Positions 1-12,199 of a DNA stretch of 64,000 nucleotides are shown piece by piece. This DNA comes from Phoronis australis (taxonomy: Eukaryota; Animalia; Phoronida): assembly GCA_002633005.1 (NCBI GenBank), contig NMRA01000882.1, positions 28,579 to 92,578 of the forward strand, read 5' to 3'. The position numbers and the translations under genes were made by a program. The notes under the pieces were generated by a model. It did not search any database, had not been told where the DNA came from, and worked only from the letters and a program-made list of their open reading frames with translations. Every line of letters starts with the position of its first letter. Position 1 is the stretch's first letter.

Positions 1-689
1 TTTTGGCCCATTTTCAGCATAGCAGAACCCAGTCGATATCAAAACCTTTGGTTTGTTCAGATATTGAATAATTTGCTGTGTTGCATAGGCTAACATATTC
101 TACAGTTCTTTTTAGTACATAGTGTGTCTTTAACCTTCTTTTCAGTGAGGGTTAAAAAACAAAGTTGATAAATTGCGTAACGAGTACCAGTTTTATAATG
201 AACCCTACCATTCCTCAATGATTAATCACTACTTCATCTAAGTGAATACAAAAGTGACTCAAATTGTTCCCAGTCGTATCAAAGCAGTTGCTTACTTAAT
301 AAAATGCATTTCTTTTCTGCTGTAGACATTTAAAAATTGTAATTTTTAAAATGGCCACACGTAACGCAAAAATGCAAGAAATTCATAGACAAAAACATGC
401 ATACATTTCTCAAGCATTGTCCGAGTTTTTATTTTCACAGCTATACAACTCTTTGCATGAGACTCGGTTGGCATTTGGTGAGTGTCCAACAATTTTATTT
501 TTTGTCGGTAACACAGTCTCGAATATGGGTCTTGATAGTGATTTACCCGAATGCATACATGCAAGCCTAGTACATGTCGGTGGCTTAGCACTTCATCTAG
601 ACCGAGGTCGAGTGCCTGGCATCGAGTGCCCTAAAATGAAAGCAGTTAGTTTGTTATTGGTAAAATTTGATAGTACACTTGCAAGGAAG

Positions 690-930
690 CGAGTCCTTTA
701 TCGTAACCCCACTTGTGTGCTTGGTCGAAGTGCGATTCCGTGAAATGTGTCGAACAAAGCGTGGCTCCCGACTGAATCGCATGTTCCAAAATGACATTCC
801 ACACTCTCGTACGGACGATAAACCGATGTCATTTCTGTTCAACTTTCACGTATTTTTGAAATATGAACATCCAGGGAAGTTCTCAGTCAAGTTGCAGTCA
901 CTACAGCCTCCACTAACACACCTTTTAATA
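690..930 (-). pseudogene. THAP zinc-finger relic (Kolobok-like family), frameshifted
   Basis: Minus-strand frames join as RCVSGGCSDC...FIFQKYVKVEQK*HRFIVRTRVWNVILEHAIQSGATLCSTHFTESHFDQAHKWGYDKGL, showing the THAP C-x4-C and LCSxHF motifs; homologous to the THAP at 54600-54850. Confidence 0.7.
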
Positions 931-1699
931 TCTACAAAGATAGTTCTCCGCCAACTTTCCTCCAAACTCAGTTCCGCACTGGTGAAAACTACAACGATTG
1001 ACTGTCTTCCAGTCACTACTTACATTTGCATGGACATGCACAACAACAATCATAGAAAAAATACAAAAATGTTTTGCTTGTTTCCTAGTAACAGCTATAA
1101 TAAAGGCTACTATATGCCTTCAGATGTATCAATAAAAATATTTTTGAGACACAGGGTCTTGGTTGAAACTTATTATGGACAGTGAAATAATGAAATTTAA
1201 TTAATATTGCCTGCAGAAGGTGGTGACCATGACACTCTGCACCAACCTATACTTTGAACTTTTTTGTACCACAAAGACAATAAGACCTCGACACCAGAAA
1301 GAAAAGTAAGAGCGATATTTTTACTATTCATGTAAAGTTGTCTTACTACACATACTGATATGCAACCCAGTTTTAATTCATTAACAACAGGGACATCAGC
1401 ACTCTTTTCAAGAAAAAGTTAGTCTACCAGTCTTAGACCCGACGTGAGGTGGTCTGTCACCATCGAAGGAAAATAAAATAGGTCAACTTCAATGAATTGA
1501 AGGTGAAAAGAGCCACGTTTCTGTTGCTAATTAGAGTCGTGGAAACTAAAGTAAAGTAGAAATGTTACTCAAATTGTAAAACCTAAGAATGATTTGTTTC
1601 ACTGAATTCCCCCCAAAAGGGATTTTTCGGATGCCGGTGTCTTTTTTAACGTTAAATCATTTATTCATATCACTTACGACGACGCGGCATCTCTACACC

Positions 1700-2760
1700 T
1701 CTGCACAATTTCCAAGGGAAACACCGGTGCCTTTACTTTAGTTAGTTAGCTCAAATCTCCAATATTCTTAATCGAGGTGCAATTTCTTGCTTGCTCCTGC
1801 ACCTACATGTACATGTACCAAACTTCCAGACATCAAGGTACTGTTTCATTATCTTTGGCAATACACACAGTTCCTCTTTCATAAAAAAGTGTGCTAATTG
1901 CACGTCACAGTGACTTTTGCCGTTTCCGTATATGTACATACAAATGTGTAGGCCCGTCCGTATGCACAGCAATACGTTCGTGAAAGATAAAACTTGCTCA
2001 AACATTTCAGATGTATATAGCAATTGCCATCTATCGTAAAGTCGTTTGTGTTTCACGATTTTAAAATTAAAGTCTAAAATTTTCCAACATTTCTGGACAG
2101 TACACAGATACATGTAGCTATTTTTCAATCCAAATGAAAGTTTGAATTACCGGATTTATTTAACTGATTTGAATGTTTCACATAACAATCTTCGATTTTC
2201 CAATCTAGCGTATTTTCGATGCATCAAAATAAGTTCCCTACCAATTTCCCTAGTTGTCGTTTTGTTGCTCAGGCACGTTCGTGCAACTTCCAGGCTGCCG
2301 AACAACGCGTTCAAAGAACTTGTGGCTACTGCAGTTACAGCAAATTTAGTTTTTGGTTCTTTAAGTAAACCATAAAATCTTAAAGTGGATAATTTTATGT
2401 TGAGTCCACGTAAATAAAGAAACGGGAGTGTCTTTACTAATGTTAGCCCAACTACTTCTCTTGTGTATAAGTGCCGGCGAAAAGTGGTTATGCCCTGACC
2501 AGGACATATTTAAAAAACATTTTTTTAAACAAGCATAAGACACACTGTGCGTATAGGGGTATCGAAATATTGCAGGGTTTATAGCTTCACCAAAGATTTC
2601 GCGGTGCTCAAACGAACGAAACCTTGTGTATGCAGTTTGTGGTCGACCTTAGTGCTCCACACTCTGTATAAAGGTTTGCGTTTAAAAGTCACCTGAGTGA
2701 TGCAAATTGTTTTCAAAACCGTGTGCTAAAGTTGTGGTCTCAACATCTGTAATGTTGACA
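1700..2760 (-). pseudogene. Degenerate MULE (Mutator-like) transposase, copy A
   Basis: Fragments such as RTGLHICMYIYGNGKSHCDVQL..MKEELCVLPKIMKQYL and the upstream P.LHLHG..AVATS.FNALFG block resemble animal MULE transposase core motifs; many stops and frameshifts; family call by eye. Confidence 0.45.
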
Positions 2761-3784
2761 AGGGACTTTGTGAGAATTGTTGTTGACGCTACATGTACAC
2801 GTACGACTCAATGTACGATCGATAGTGAAAACACTGAGGATCGGGATGTGCTTGTGCGGAGTGGCACATTATTAAGAAACTTAGGCTGTAACTGTATTGA
2901 CACAAAATAACAGTCTCAAATATATTTACTGCTCAATGAAACTGACGAAAACAGTGCTTGATAGTTTTGAAAACAGATTTCACCGTGCTCACAACGAAAA
3001 CACAATTCACACAAGGCATAAAAAATATGATGCTAGTTTTCAACCACATTGCCGAAGAAACTGATTGAATTATAACACAAAATGTAACCACTAAGACGGT
3101 TGGAATTATATCAGGTCATTCACTTAAGGTTATGAAGTGTAACACGAATAAATATTTTAATAACAAACGTTACTCAAAAGGCGATTGCTTGTTTCATATA
3201 TTTACCAAAGGAGTTTTATAACTTCCTTCTTCTCCAAAGAATACATTCATTCTAAATATGATGGGAAGTGTCATGTTCAACCACTCAAAATCTCACAATT
3301 TGAAACCCCCAAACTGCACTTCTCACTGTATTGTGGAAGTTCCAGCAAACTCGTCAAAATCACTACGATTCATTTTCCGTTTAAACATATAATAAATGTT
3401 TTGAATTATGACTTTGTCTCATCCTTTTCGAAAATAAGAAATCATTTGTTCATTCGTTTAGGTTTTTATGTTTTGTGGAGTGTACACGCTGTTTTTGACG
3501 CGCTGTGTCTTGAATAATGTCGTGGTACCCGAAATAAGATTGTCGTGTGAGGGGTGAACCAAACTTATTGGGTGGGTCCAGACTATAGTGTTTACGTAAT
3601 CTTTAATTTTGTGGTGAAGATCCACAAGACCACGCATTGTGATTTAGTCTTGTCACTTTTATCTAAATTTCAACCGTCGCATCAACATTTTTTGACACGG
3701 AAATTCACAAGTCGTGCAGTGTAGTACTTGATTATGATCAAACGATTGCAATTTCTAAAAAGACGATGAGATTTGACACTTTTA

Positions 3785-3925
3785 CATGGGCGGCGCAGCA
3801 CTAAAAAAAAGTAGGGGCAAAAGGGCCCAGACCCCTGTGGTGCACCGCAAATAGACCATGGGTGGCGCAACTTTGAAAAAGTGGGAGCTACAACACCCCA
3901 GCCACCCGTGGTGTGGCGACCGTGA
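3785..3925. mobile_element. Short GC-rich MITE-like insertion (also 14226-14365)
   Basis: CATGGGCGGCGCAGC...GTGTGGCGACCGTG imperfect inverted ends with an internal duplicated CATGGG.GGCGCA..AAAAAGT motif, in AT-rich context. Confidence 0.5.
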
Positions 3926-4381
3926 GATAAGTAGAGAATGGGAATAGCTATTGAAAAGGAGTGTAGGGAATATTTAGATAACCAAACATTCCATGCCGCC
4001 TGTTGGTTTGATCGCAAAAACAAGGAACTCTTTTATGTACTCTGTCAGGGTACATGTATATCGGATAGGTATATGCGTACACTCTAGATTATACAGGTCC
4101 ATATCGATAACTTGTGATCGATAGCTTTGGCTTGCAGCTAAATCTCAAGTCAAGTCAGGATATATCTGATACCGAGATGATATATCGAATTGGACCTAGT
4201 TTGCTATTACCGCAACATATTGTGATAGGACGCAAATTTGTGCGTAAACACGATTGACACGGAACAAGTTGAAACCATTTCGACACCTGCTTGAGAAGTA
4301 GACTGAGTTGCACTCCATCAGTAACTCTGGAGAAAGACAGTGATAACATACGTCAGAATTTGATTGGCACACTTATCTTAC

Positions 4382-4480
4382 CGTATTGGGAGCTGTGGCA
4401 TCGGCACCCTTTTTTAGAAGGAGTTCAACAACATCTAGCTTGCCATACATAGTCGCCATGTGCAGGGGCGTGTCGCCTTT
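4382..4480 (-). CDS. Ankyrin-repeat exon KGDTPLHMATMYGKLDVVELLLKKGADATAPNT
   Basis: 99 bp, open, TTGTAG acceptor and GTAAG donor, phase 0/0; canonical GxTPLH..A...G...VV.LLL..GAD. Confidence 0.9.
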
Positions 4481-5044
4481 CTACAACGAGCATTAAAAGC
4501 GACTGACAAACCATCAACATAATTACACCATTTCCATGTGTTTGGTGAACAACTCGTGTAAATGAAAACGAGGTTGACCTAATTAAAGTCAAAATGTCAA
4601 AGAATATTATCAAAACTAAAACTGAGTTCAACATGAAGCAGATATGATATCAAACATTATATGATTATTTTCATACACATTGTAAAAGCAAAAGGGAAAT
4701 ATTTTAGAAGATTGTAACAACATTTTGAAATCTCGTGCTCAAGATCGATAGGAAATAAAATATGATCATATTGTGGGAACCATGGTTTTGGTATCAACGC
4801 ACCTTTCCTTCTTTCCTAAACCTTAATAACGATATGTTATATGACTCAAATAATGAAAGCTACGTAAACCGTGAAAAATCAAATTCAGCAGTTCCCTTAA
4901 TGAAACCCAAATGTGTGTGTAAACACGAGTGATACGGAACAAGTTGAAACCATTTTGACACCTGCTTGAGAAGTAGAGCGAGTTGCAATCCAGAGAAAGA
5001 CACTAATGACAGACCTCGCAATTTGATTGACACTCTTATCTTAC

Positions 5045-5143
5045 CATATTAACAACCGTGGCATCGACGCCCTTTTCTAGAAGAAGTTCAACAACTGCTA
5101 GCTGGCCACGCCGAGACACTACGTGTAGGGGTGTGTCGCCTTC
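5045..5143 (-). CDS. Ankyrin-repeat exon EGDTPLHVVSRRGQLAVVELLLEKGVDATVVNM
   Basis: 99 bp, open, TTGTAG/GTAAG splice sites, phase 0/0. Confidence 0.9.
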
Positions 5144-5723
5144 CTACAACAAGCATTAAAAGTGACTGACAAACAATGAAAATAGTAAAACCAGTTCCAT
5201 TTGTTGAATGAAGAACTCGTGTAAATGAAACATGGTTGACCTAATTAAAGTCAAAGTGTCAAACAATATTATCAAAAATAAAACTGAGTTCAACATGAAG
5301 GAGATATGATATCAAACACTATATGATTATTTTCATCAACGTTTAAAAGCAAAAGGGAAATATTTTAGAAGATTGTAACAACAACATTTTTGAAATCTCG
5401 TGCTCAAGATTGATAGGAAATAAAATCTGATCATATTATGGGAGCCATGGTTTTGGTATCGACGCACCTTTCTTTCTTTCCTGAACCTTAATACCGATAT
5501 GTTATATATGACTCAAATAATGAAAGCTAAGTAAACGGTGAAAAATCAAATTCAGCAGTTCCCTTAATGAAACCCAAATGTGTGTGTAAACACGATTGAC
5601 ACGGAACAAGTTGAAACCATTTTGACACATGCTTGAGAAGTAGAGTGAGTTGCAATCCAACAGTAACTCTGGAGAAAGACAGTGATAACTTACTTTAGAA
5701 TTTGATTGGCCCACTTATCTTAC

Positions 5724-5822
5724 CGTATTGAAAGCTGTGGCATCGGCACTCTTTTTTAGAAGGAGTTCAACAACATCTAGCTCGCCACGAATACACGCGA
5801 TGTGCAGGGGTGTTGTGCCACA
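5724..5822 (-). CDS. Ankyrin-repeat exon CGTTPLHIACIRGELDVVELLLKKSADATAFNT
   Basis: 99 bp, open, TTGTAG/GTAAG splice sites, phase 0/0. Confidence 0.9.
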
Positions 5823-7573
5823 CTACAACAAGCATTAAAACGACTGACAAACCATAAACATAATTACACCATTTCCATGTGTTTGGTGAACAACTCGTGT
5901 AAATGAAAGCGAGGTTGACCTAATTAAAGTCAAAATGTCAAAGAAAATTTTCAAAACTAAAACTGAGTTCAACATGAAGCAGATATGATATCAAACATTA
6001 TATGATTATTTTCATATATTGTAAAAGCAAAAGGGAAATATTTTAGAAGATTGTAACAACATTTTTGAAATCTCGTGCTCAAGATTGATAGGAAATATAA
6101 TCTGATCATATTATGGGAACCATGGTTTTGGTATCAAAACACCTTTCTTTCTTTCCTGAACCTTAATAACGATATGTTATATATGACTCAAATAATGAAA
6201 GCGAAGTTAACGGTGAAAAATCAAATTCAGCAGTTCCCTTAATGAAACCCTATATGTACATTAACAGGGTTGATATCCACAGTTCTTAGACATTCTTCAT
6301 AATACGGAAAATGGACAACATTCAAAACCCAAAAAACAAGCGTTGTGCATGGTGAGTCAAACAGACGCGGTACAGGATGGAAATATCAAGGCACTAACAC
6401 TTTTAAAACAGTGTTATGTAATACAATCACGTGACTCGTGTTCATGTCACAGACAGGCGGGCGGTTGTTTGGAAACTTTCGTCACGGTGTACCGTAACAT
6501 AGGCGTCAATCCTCAGTACCTGAAGCACCATCAAGCACATTTTTTTCGATTATGTGCCAAACAAAAACCACATAGTTACCCATAGGCGTTCTGGTGACAA
6601 CTGATGGACCGACGGTTGACCAGATTGATGCTGCCATGGGTTTACAATATCGATTGTTGTCGCGTCAGAACGTTGATTTGCATCTTAGCAATACATGTAC
6701 CTGGATCAAATATCAAGCAAAGCTCGGTCTATACCCCGCCAACTAAATTCGGTCAACTTTTTGTCGCAGTGAGAATAGCCATCAGGAATCAATCTCTTGC
6801 GTTTCAGTAATACACAACATGCACTCAGATTTCAACTGAAATTTATTCGACCATCTGAGCATACACTGTATGCAATATATTTATTGAACACATTGCAATG
6901 AACATTACTCCTAAAGATGAACAACCAGAACGAACATTTGTAAGAGCAGAAACATGTAAACCATTGCAGATCAGTGGACTGCGACGCGGAATCAGGCACT
7001 TGCTTCTATATCTGCTGTTTGGAAAATACGGACATTTTCCAACTGAGGTGGGTCACATATACACGCATGCCTGGTGTTACAGTTGCTAGCGCGGGTAGAT
7101 ATCCTGTGTATAAGTAGATGCGTTTTTTTTTTGTGTTTCGTAACCATTTAACTCAACGCAAGGTTGTAAATACGCTCAGATACAGTGCGATGAATATATA
7201 AGAAACCCCAAGACACATTGTCCAGTTCTTAGATGTTTTAAGTTTGTATAAGGAAGCCAATAAAATCTTTACTGACATCACATTCATTGTCTCAACTGTA
7301 CAAAATGCTTCGGATCTTTCTGACAATAGTCTGTTCCCACGACAATCTTAGTGTCTTTACATACAAGCAAGCCCCCTTAATCACCACCGACATGGCCATG
7401 TGCATTGTCAATGTTATTTTGTGGCCTGCAATGGAAATGTATCAGTAAAAGAACCGTTATACCTCCATTTGAAGAGCACACCAAAATTGAAATGTTAAAC
7501 AAATTTATGTAATTTTATGATTTTTGACATGACGATGTGCCGTAGCACAGTTTCGCTGACTTGCGTATTTAAT

Positions 7574-7630
7574 CTTATTGAGAAGCGTGGCATCAGCACC
7601 ACTCCAAGCTGCTCTCTTTGAGTTGCCAGC
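7574..7630 (-). pseudogene. Eroded ankyrin exon with internal deletion (AGNSKRAAWSG/ADATLLNK)
   Basis: CCCGTAG acceptor followed by the N- and C-terminal parts of an ankyrin repeat fused at G; GADAT..N matches the array exons; no GT at the expected donor position (ATTAAA). Confidence 0.5.
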
Positions 7631-8469
7631 CTACGGGAAGTATAAAAAGCGGTCACTTACACAAGCACTGCCTCAGCAACTTTTGTATTGCCATGATCAA
7701 CAGGATCGCATAAAAGTAAAAGAAGAGCGGTGCAGCAAGAATCAGGGAAAATTTTCCATTCATGTGTTTCATTTATATATGTATCCCTTATGCACTCCTT
7801 TGTAAGTGCACGTATACATGTATTTCCTTCGGATTAGTGCATGGTTGTGCGTGTTTATGTATTTTGGTCTAGGCTTTGACGTAAACGCGGGCTGATACCG
7901 TCAAGTGAAATGCCAGTCACTCTGGCTAACCTGTGGACGGAAATCATTAAACACGACCAAACTTTTAAAGAAACTACATTACAAGGAGAGAGTACAACAC
8001 TAGAATACAGTTCGCTATTTTTGCAATTCACGTGTGTTAGATCGTCACAGTCAAAACTCAGGTAAAAACCTTTAATGCAAAACCGGCGATTAATCAAAAT
8101 TGATGATAAAATTGACATACAATGTATTTGACGCTAGTTATTAAAATATTTTTAATGAAAGATTTTCAGCATAATCATAAAAGCTAATACATTTGTGCCC
8201 GGTGGCAACACGTGCATCTCTGAATACTTTCAATTCAATAAATGCAAGTGGTGCTGACAACTTTTGTTAATTAAAGTGTATGCAAACGTAATAAAAAGCA
8301 TTGTGCCAGAAACCATTGATGCATCTCCATTGTAAATCGAAGTAGATGTTTAGGAAATGTCAGTCACTCAGCAAAACTCGATTACACTGCATAACATGAA
8401 TTTTCTTAGTTTCCTGCCAAATGACGTAAAGGGTGGAAGACGGCATTTGGTTACAAGACAATCAATTGC

Positions 8470-8810
8470 AATGAAAGAATACATCAAATTGGAAGATGAG
8501 GATTTTGAGTGAGAACTGGACAAGTCTTATGCAGACACAGAGGAGAGTGGAGACAAGCATTAAACCGAAGTACCATAAGAATCAGAAAATGAATTTGACT
8601 TCCAGTCAGCGAGCTTTAATCGGCTTTGGGGCCGGCTCGGCCAACTTGCAGCAGAAATAATGCAGTCATATGTGAGCCCCAATAAACTGAACCAAGGAAT
8701 GGTCAACATTAACAAAACAGACACTCAGTAATCACTGGCGAGGGTTACAGTAAACCTGTGTCACTTGTGGTTGTCATGACAGAATGAGAACGGCGAGGCT
8801 AAAAACAATC
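8470..8810 (+). pseudogene. Kolobok second-ORF (KolX / P2X7-C-terminal-like) relic
   Basis: MKEYIKLEDEDFE*ELDKSY..ESENEFDF parallels 54336 MTESREFESNDDYEQELNEYY..ESENKFNV; followed by MQSY.EP and CVTCGCHDRMRTA, resembling the PYxFEP and WCxCGxCxxMxT motifs. Confidence 0.4.
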
Positions 8811-9049
8811 AGCCAAATCACTATCACGGTCCATATTCAGTGGCAACTTTCGATGAAGTGTGAAGGTTATCAAATAACTGTAAAATCTGGGTTGTTCTAA
8901 AGTACCGTCTTCCAAGGTTTGTAATCTATAATATTTTTGCACAAAAACCACCGAATAAAATTCCATAACCTAATGCATCACAGTTGTATAAAAGGGTACG
9001 TACACTACAACTTCTGGTCACAGCTCATTTCTATCATGCAACAATACAT

Positions 9050-9600
9050 GTACATAAGGTTGCGGTTAATTGAATACCTTCTTGATCAGATTGAGGAAGT
9101 ATCAGATATTAAAGTTGTTCAAGTTCTTCTAGACGGTGATACATTGCATATCTTAACACAGTATAATGAGAACTTCTTCTTTTGCAATATGATTCTTACA
9201 AAAAGGAAATGGCAAGTTGCTACTTTTTCAAAAACTTTATTGGTGGTCTTTGCCCAGTTTGTAATACATTCGTCAGTTGGTCAAAATAGTTTAGCAATGC
9301 TGGGCCCAGTGTTCAACTTGGGAACAGTAAAAAATAGTACAATCAACTTTAAATTTGACTGAGTTACAAATGTATGGGATGGTCTCGAGTTTTGTGCTGC
9401 ATCTACTAGTTTGTATGTTGCAAGTTGTCTTGAGAGGTAGAGAAAATTCCTCTGTAACATCAGTTGCCACGTGGCGTGTTTTGTAGGATGTTACTGGCTA
9501 AAACCTGTGTGTCATTTTATTACCAGCGAACTTGATAATGTCCATTGCTTTTTGTCATACTGGATGCATTTTGGAAATACCAGTATTCAGTTCATGAGAA
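9050..9600 (-). pseudogene. Possible MULE transposase C-terminal (SWIM-like) relic
   Basis: Frameshifted ..QKAMDIIK..YKLVDAAQNSRPSHTFVTQS/KFKVDCTIFYCSQVEHWAQHC resembles the pre-SWIM region; weak. Confidence 0.3.
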
Positions 9601-11159
9601 CAGCGGGTATGTAAAAATACTTGTGGGCAATACTTTATAGCAGAGGGGTTGAAGGTACGTACATGTACACTACACGGGTTTACGTACACTACACTTCAAC
9701 CACTTGTCAGGTTAATAAAAATTCCTTACAATATACTGAGAGTTCATTTACCAAATGTATTCAGAGAGAACAAATAAAAAGTACAGCATACACGTCCATT
9801 TCTGTCTGTCATTCTTTGAAAACAGGCACATGTTAAAATATAGGAGTAGTTGCACTACATAAATCCTAATATTTCACTCAAAACAAATGTATTTGTAAGT
9901 AACACCCTTTAACCTAGCTTTTTAATTGAGGAAGCTGCCTGTGACAAGTGTTGGTTACTTACCGTGTATTGTTTTTGCTTCATGGTATATGTTCACATCG
10001 GGGTACGTACAATACATGTCAATGACATGTCAGGTTTGTTACGAAATACTGATAAACTATTGATAGATAGCTGATTTACTAAGTCAATTCAAAGAGGAAA
10101 AATAAAAAGCACACATATCTGCCATACTTTGAAAATCAAAATAATGGGGTATGTAAGCTGCACAAATGCTAAAAATTCACTCAAAACAAATGTATTTGCA
10201 ATACACACCCATTCAACCTAACATTTGAAGGAAGGACACTGTGTATAACAAATGCTTCTCACTTACCAATTTTAATTTCATGGCATTTGTAAACATTGGG
10301 GTACGTACACACTTTTCTGCATAACATGGTAACCCAATGCTGTATGACCATTTATTTTTCTTTGGTGATAATAAGCACCATGTTGTTATTTAAAAGGCAA
10401 TAATTTTATTTGAAATGACCATTTGTGTTACTGAATTCCACATGGGGGTACGTACACTACATTCTTTTACTAGCTTTTTGGCCCATTTTCAGCATAGCAG
10501 AACCCATTCGATATCAAAACCTTTGGTTTGTTCAGATATTGAATAATTTGCTGTGTTGCATAGGCTAACATATTCTACAGTTCTTTTTAGTACATAGTGT
10601 GTCTTTAACCTTCTTTTCAGTGAGGGTTAAAAAACAAAGTTGATAAATTGCGTAACGAGTACCAGTTTTATAATGAACCCTACCATTCCTCAATGATTAA
10701 TCACTACTTCATCTAAGTGAAAACGAAAGTGACTCAAATTGTTCCCAGTCGTATCAAAGCAGTTGCTTACTTAATAAAATGCATTTCTTTTCTGCTGTAG
10801 ACAGTTAAAAATTGTATTTTTTAAAATGGCCACACGTAACGCAAAAATGCAAGAAATTCATAGACAAAAACATGCATACATTTCTCAAGCATTGTCCGAG
10901 TTTTTATTTTCACAGCTATACAACTCTTTGCATGAGACTCGGTTGGCATTTGGTGAGTGTCCAACAATCTTATTTTTTGTCGGTAACACAGTCTCGAATA
11001 TGGGTCTTGATAGTGATTTACCCGAATGCATACATGCAAGCCTAGTACATGTAGGTGACTTAGCACTTCATTTAGACCGGGGTCGAGTGCCTGACATCAA
11101 GTGTCCTGGAATGAAAGCAGTTAGTTTGTTATTGATAAAATTTGATAGTGCACTTGCAA

Positions 11160-11405
11160 GGAAGCGAGTCCTTTATCGTAACCCCGCTTTAGTGCTTGGT
11201 CGAAGTGCGATTCCTTGAAATGTGTCGTGCAAAGTATGGTTCCCAACTGAATCGCATGTTCCAAAATGACATTCCACACTCCCTTGCAGACGATAAACCG
11301 ATGTCATTTCTGTGCAACGTTCGCGTATTTTAGAAATATGAACATTCAGGGACGTTTTCAGTCAAGTTGTAGTTACTACAGCCTCCACAAACACACCTTT
11401 TAATG
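11160..11405 (-). pseudogene. THAP relic, copy B
   Basis: KRCVCGGCSNYN... followed by frameshifted ..VWNVILEHAIQLGTILCTTHF; paralog of 690-930. Confidence 0.65.
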
Positions 11406-12199
11406 TCTACAAAGATAGTTCTCTGCCAACTTTCCTCCAAACTCAGTTTTGCACTGGTGAAAATTACAACGACTAACTGTCTTCCAGCCACAACGTATAT
11501 GTACATGTACATGCACATCAACAATCATAGAAAAAATATGAAAATGTTTTTCTTGTTTCCTAGCCTCAGGTATAATAAAGGCTACTAAATCCCTTCAGAT
11601 GTATTAATAAAATTGTTTTTGCGACACAGGGTCTTGGTTGAAACTTATTATGGACAGTGAAATAATGAAATTTATCTTATATTGCCTGCAGAGGGTGGTG
11701 ACCATGACATTGTGCACCAATCTATACATGTACTTTGATTTAATTGTACAAAAAAGACAATAAGACCTCGACACCAGAAAGAAAAGTAAGAGCGATATTT
11801 TTACTATTCTTGTAAAGTTGTCTTACTACACATACTGATTTGCAACCCAAATTTAATTGATTGGCAACAGGGACATCAGCACTCTTTTCAAAAAAAAATT
11901 AGTCTACCAGTCTTAGACCCGATGTGAGGTGATCTGTCACCATCGAAGGAATATAAAATAGGTCAACTTCAATGAATTAAAGGTGAAAAGAGCCACGTTT
12001 CTGTTGCTAATTAGGGGCGTGGAAAATAAAGTAAAGTAGAAATGTTACTCAAAGTGTAAAACCTAAGAATGATTTGTTTCACAGAATTCCCCCCAAAAGG
12101 GATTTTTCGGATGCCGGTGTCTTTTTTAACGTTTCATCATTTATTCATATCACTTCCGATGACGCGGCATCTCTACACCTCTGCACAATTTCCAAGGAA

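Larger units (their letters stand above)
1..3992. repeat. Copy A of a ~4-kb composite transposon-relic block (truncated by window start)
   Basis: Colinear with 10476-14432 (offset ~10.47 kb) from TTTTGGCCCATTTTCAGCATAGCAG to GGAATATTTAGATAA..CC; similarity stops abruptly at 3992/14432. Confidence 0.95.
4233..6250. repeat. Tandem array of exactly three ~670-bp exon+intron units
   Basis: Units 4233-4907, 4908-5574 and 5575-6250 each start CAAAT(T/G)TGTG.GTAAACACG and end CAGCAGTTCCCTTAATGAAACC; each holds one ankyrin exon. Confidence 0.95.
8140..11680. mobile_element. Decayed Kolobok-like element (acidic/Cys ORF on +, THAP on -, convergent); boundaries approximate
   Basis: Same layout and local similarity as the TTAA-flanked element at 54133-55090 (CCGGTGGC.ACA near the left end; TGACGT..GGGTGGAAGAC before the plus ORF, inverted at ~11475-11497). 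Confidence 0.45.

Noticed and set aside
346-591. piggyBac cysteine-rich domain (KTRTMLEKC)
   Set aside because: The upstream sequence is better explained as THAP; no piggyBac DDD core or TTAA-CCC ends were found.
351-743. 130-aa ORF conserved in both copies (also 10826-11218)
   Set aside because: Conservation simply reflects near-identical DNA; no recognisable domain, and it overlaps the antisense of the THAP relic.
7340-7430. Another ankyrin exon (TMHMAMSVVIKGA)
   Set aside because: Too degenerate; spacing and splice sites do not fit.
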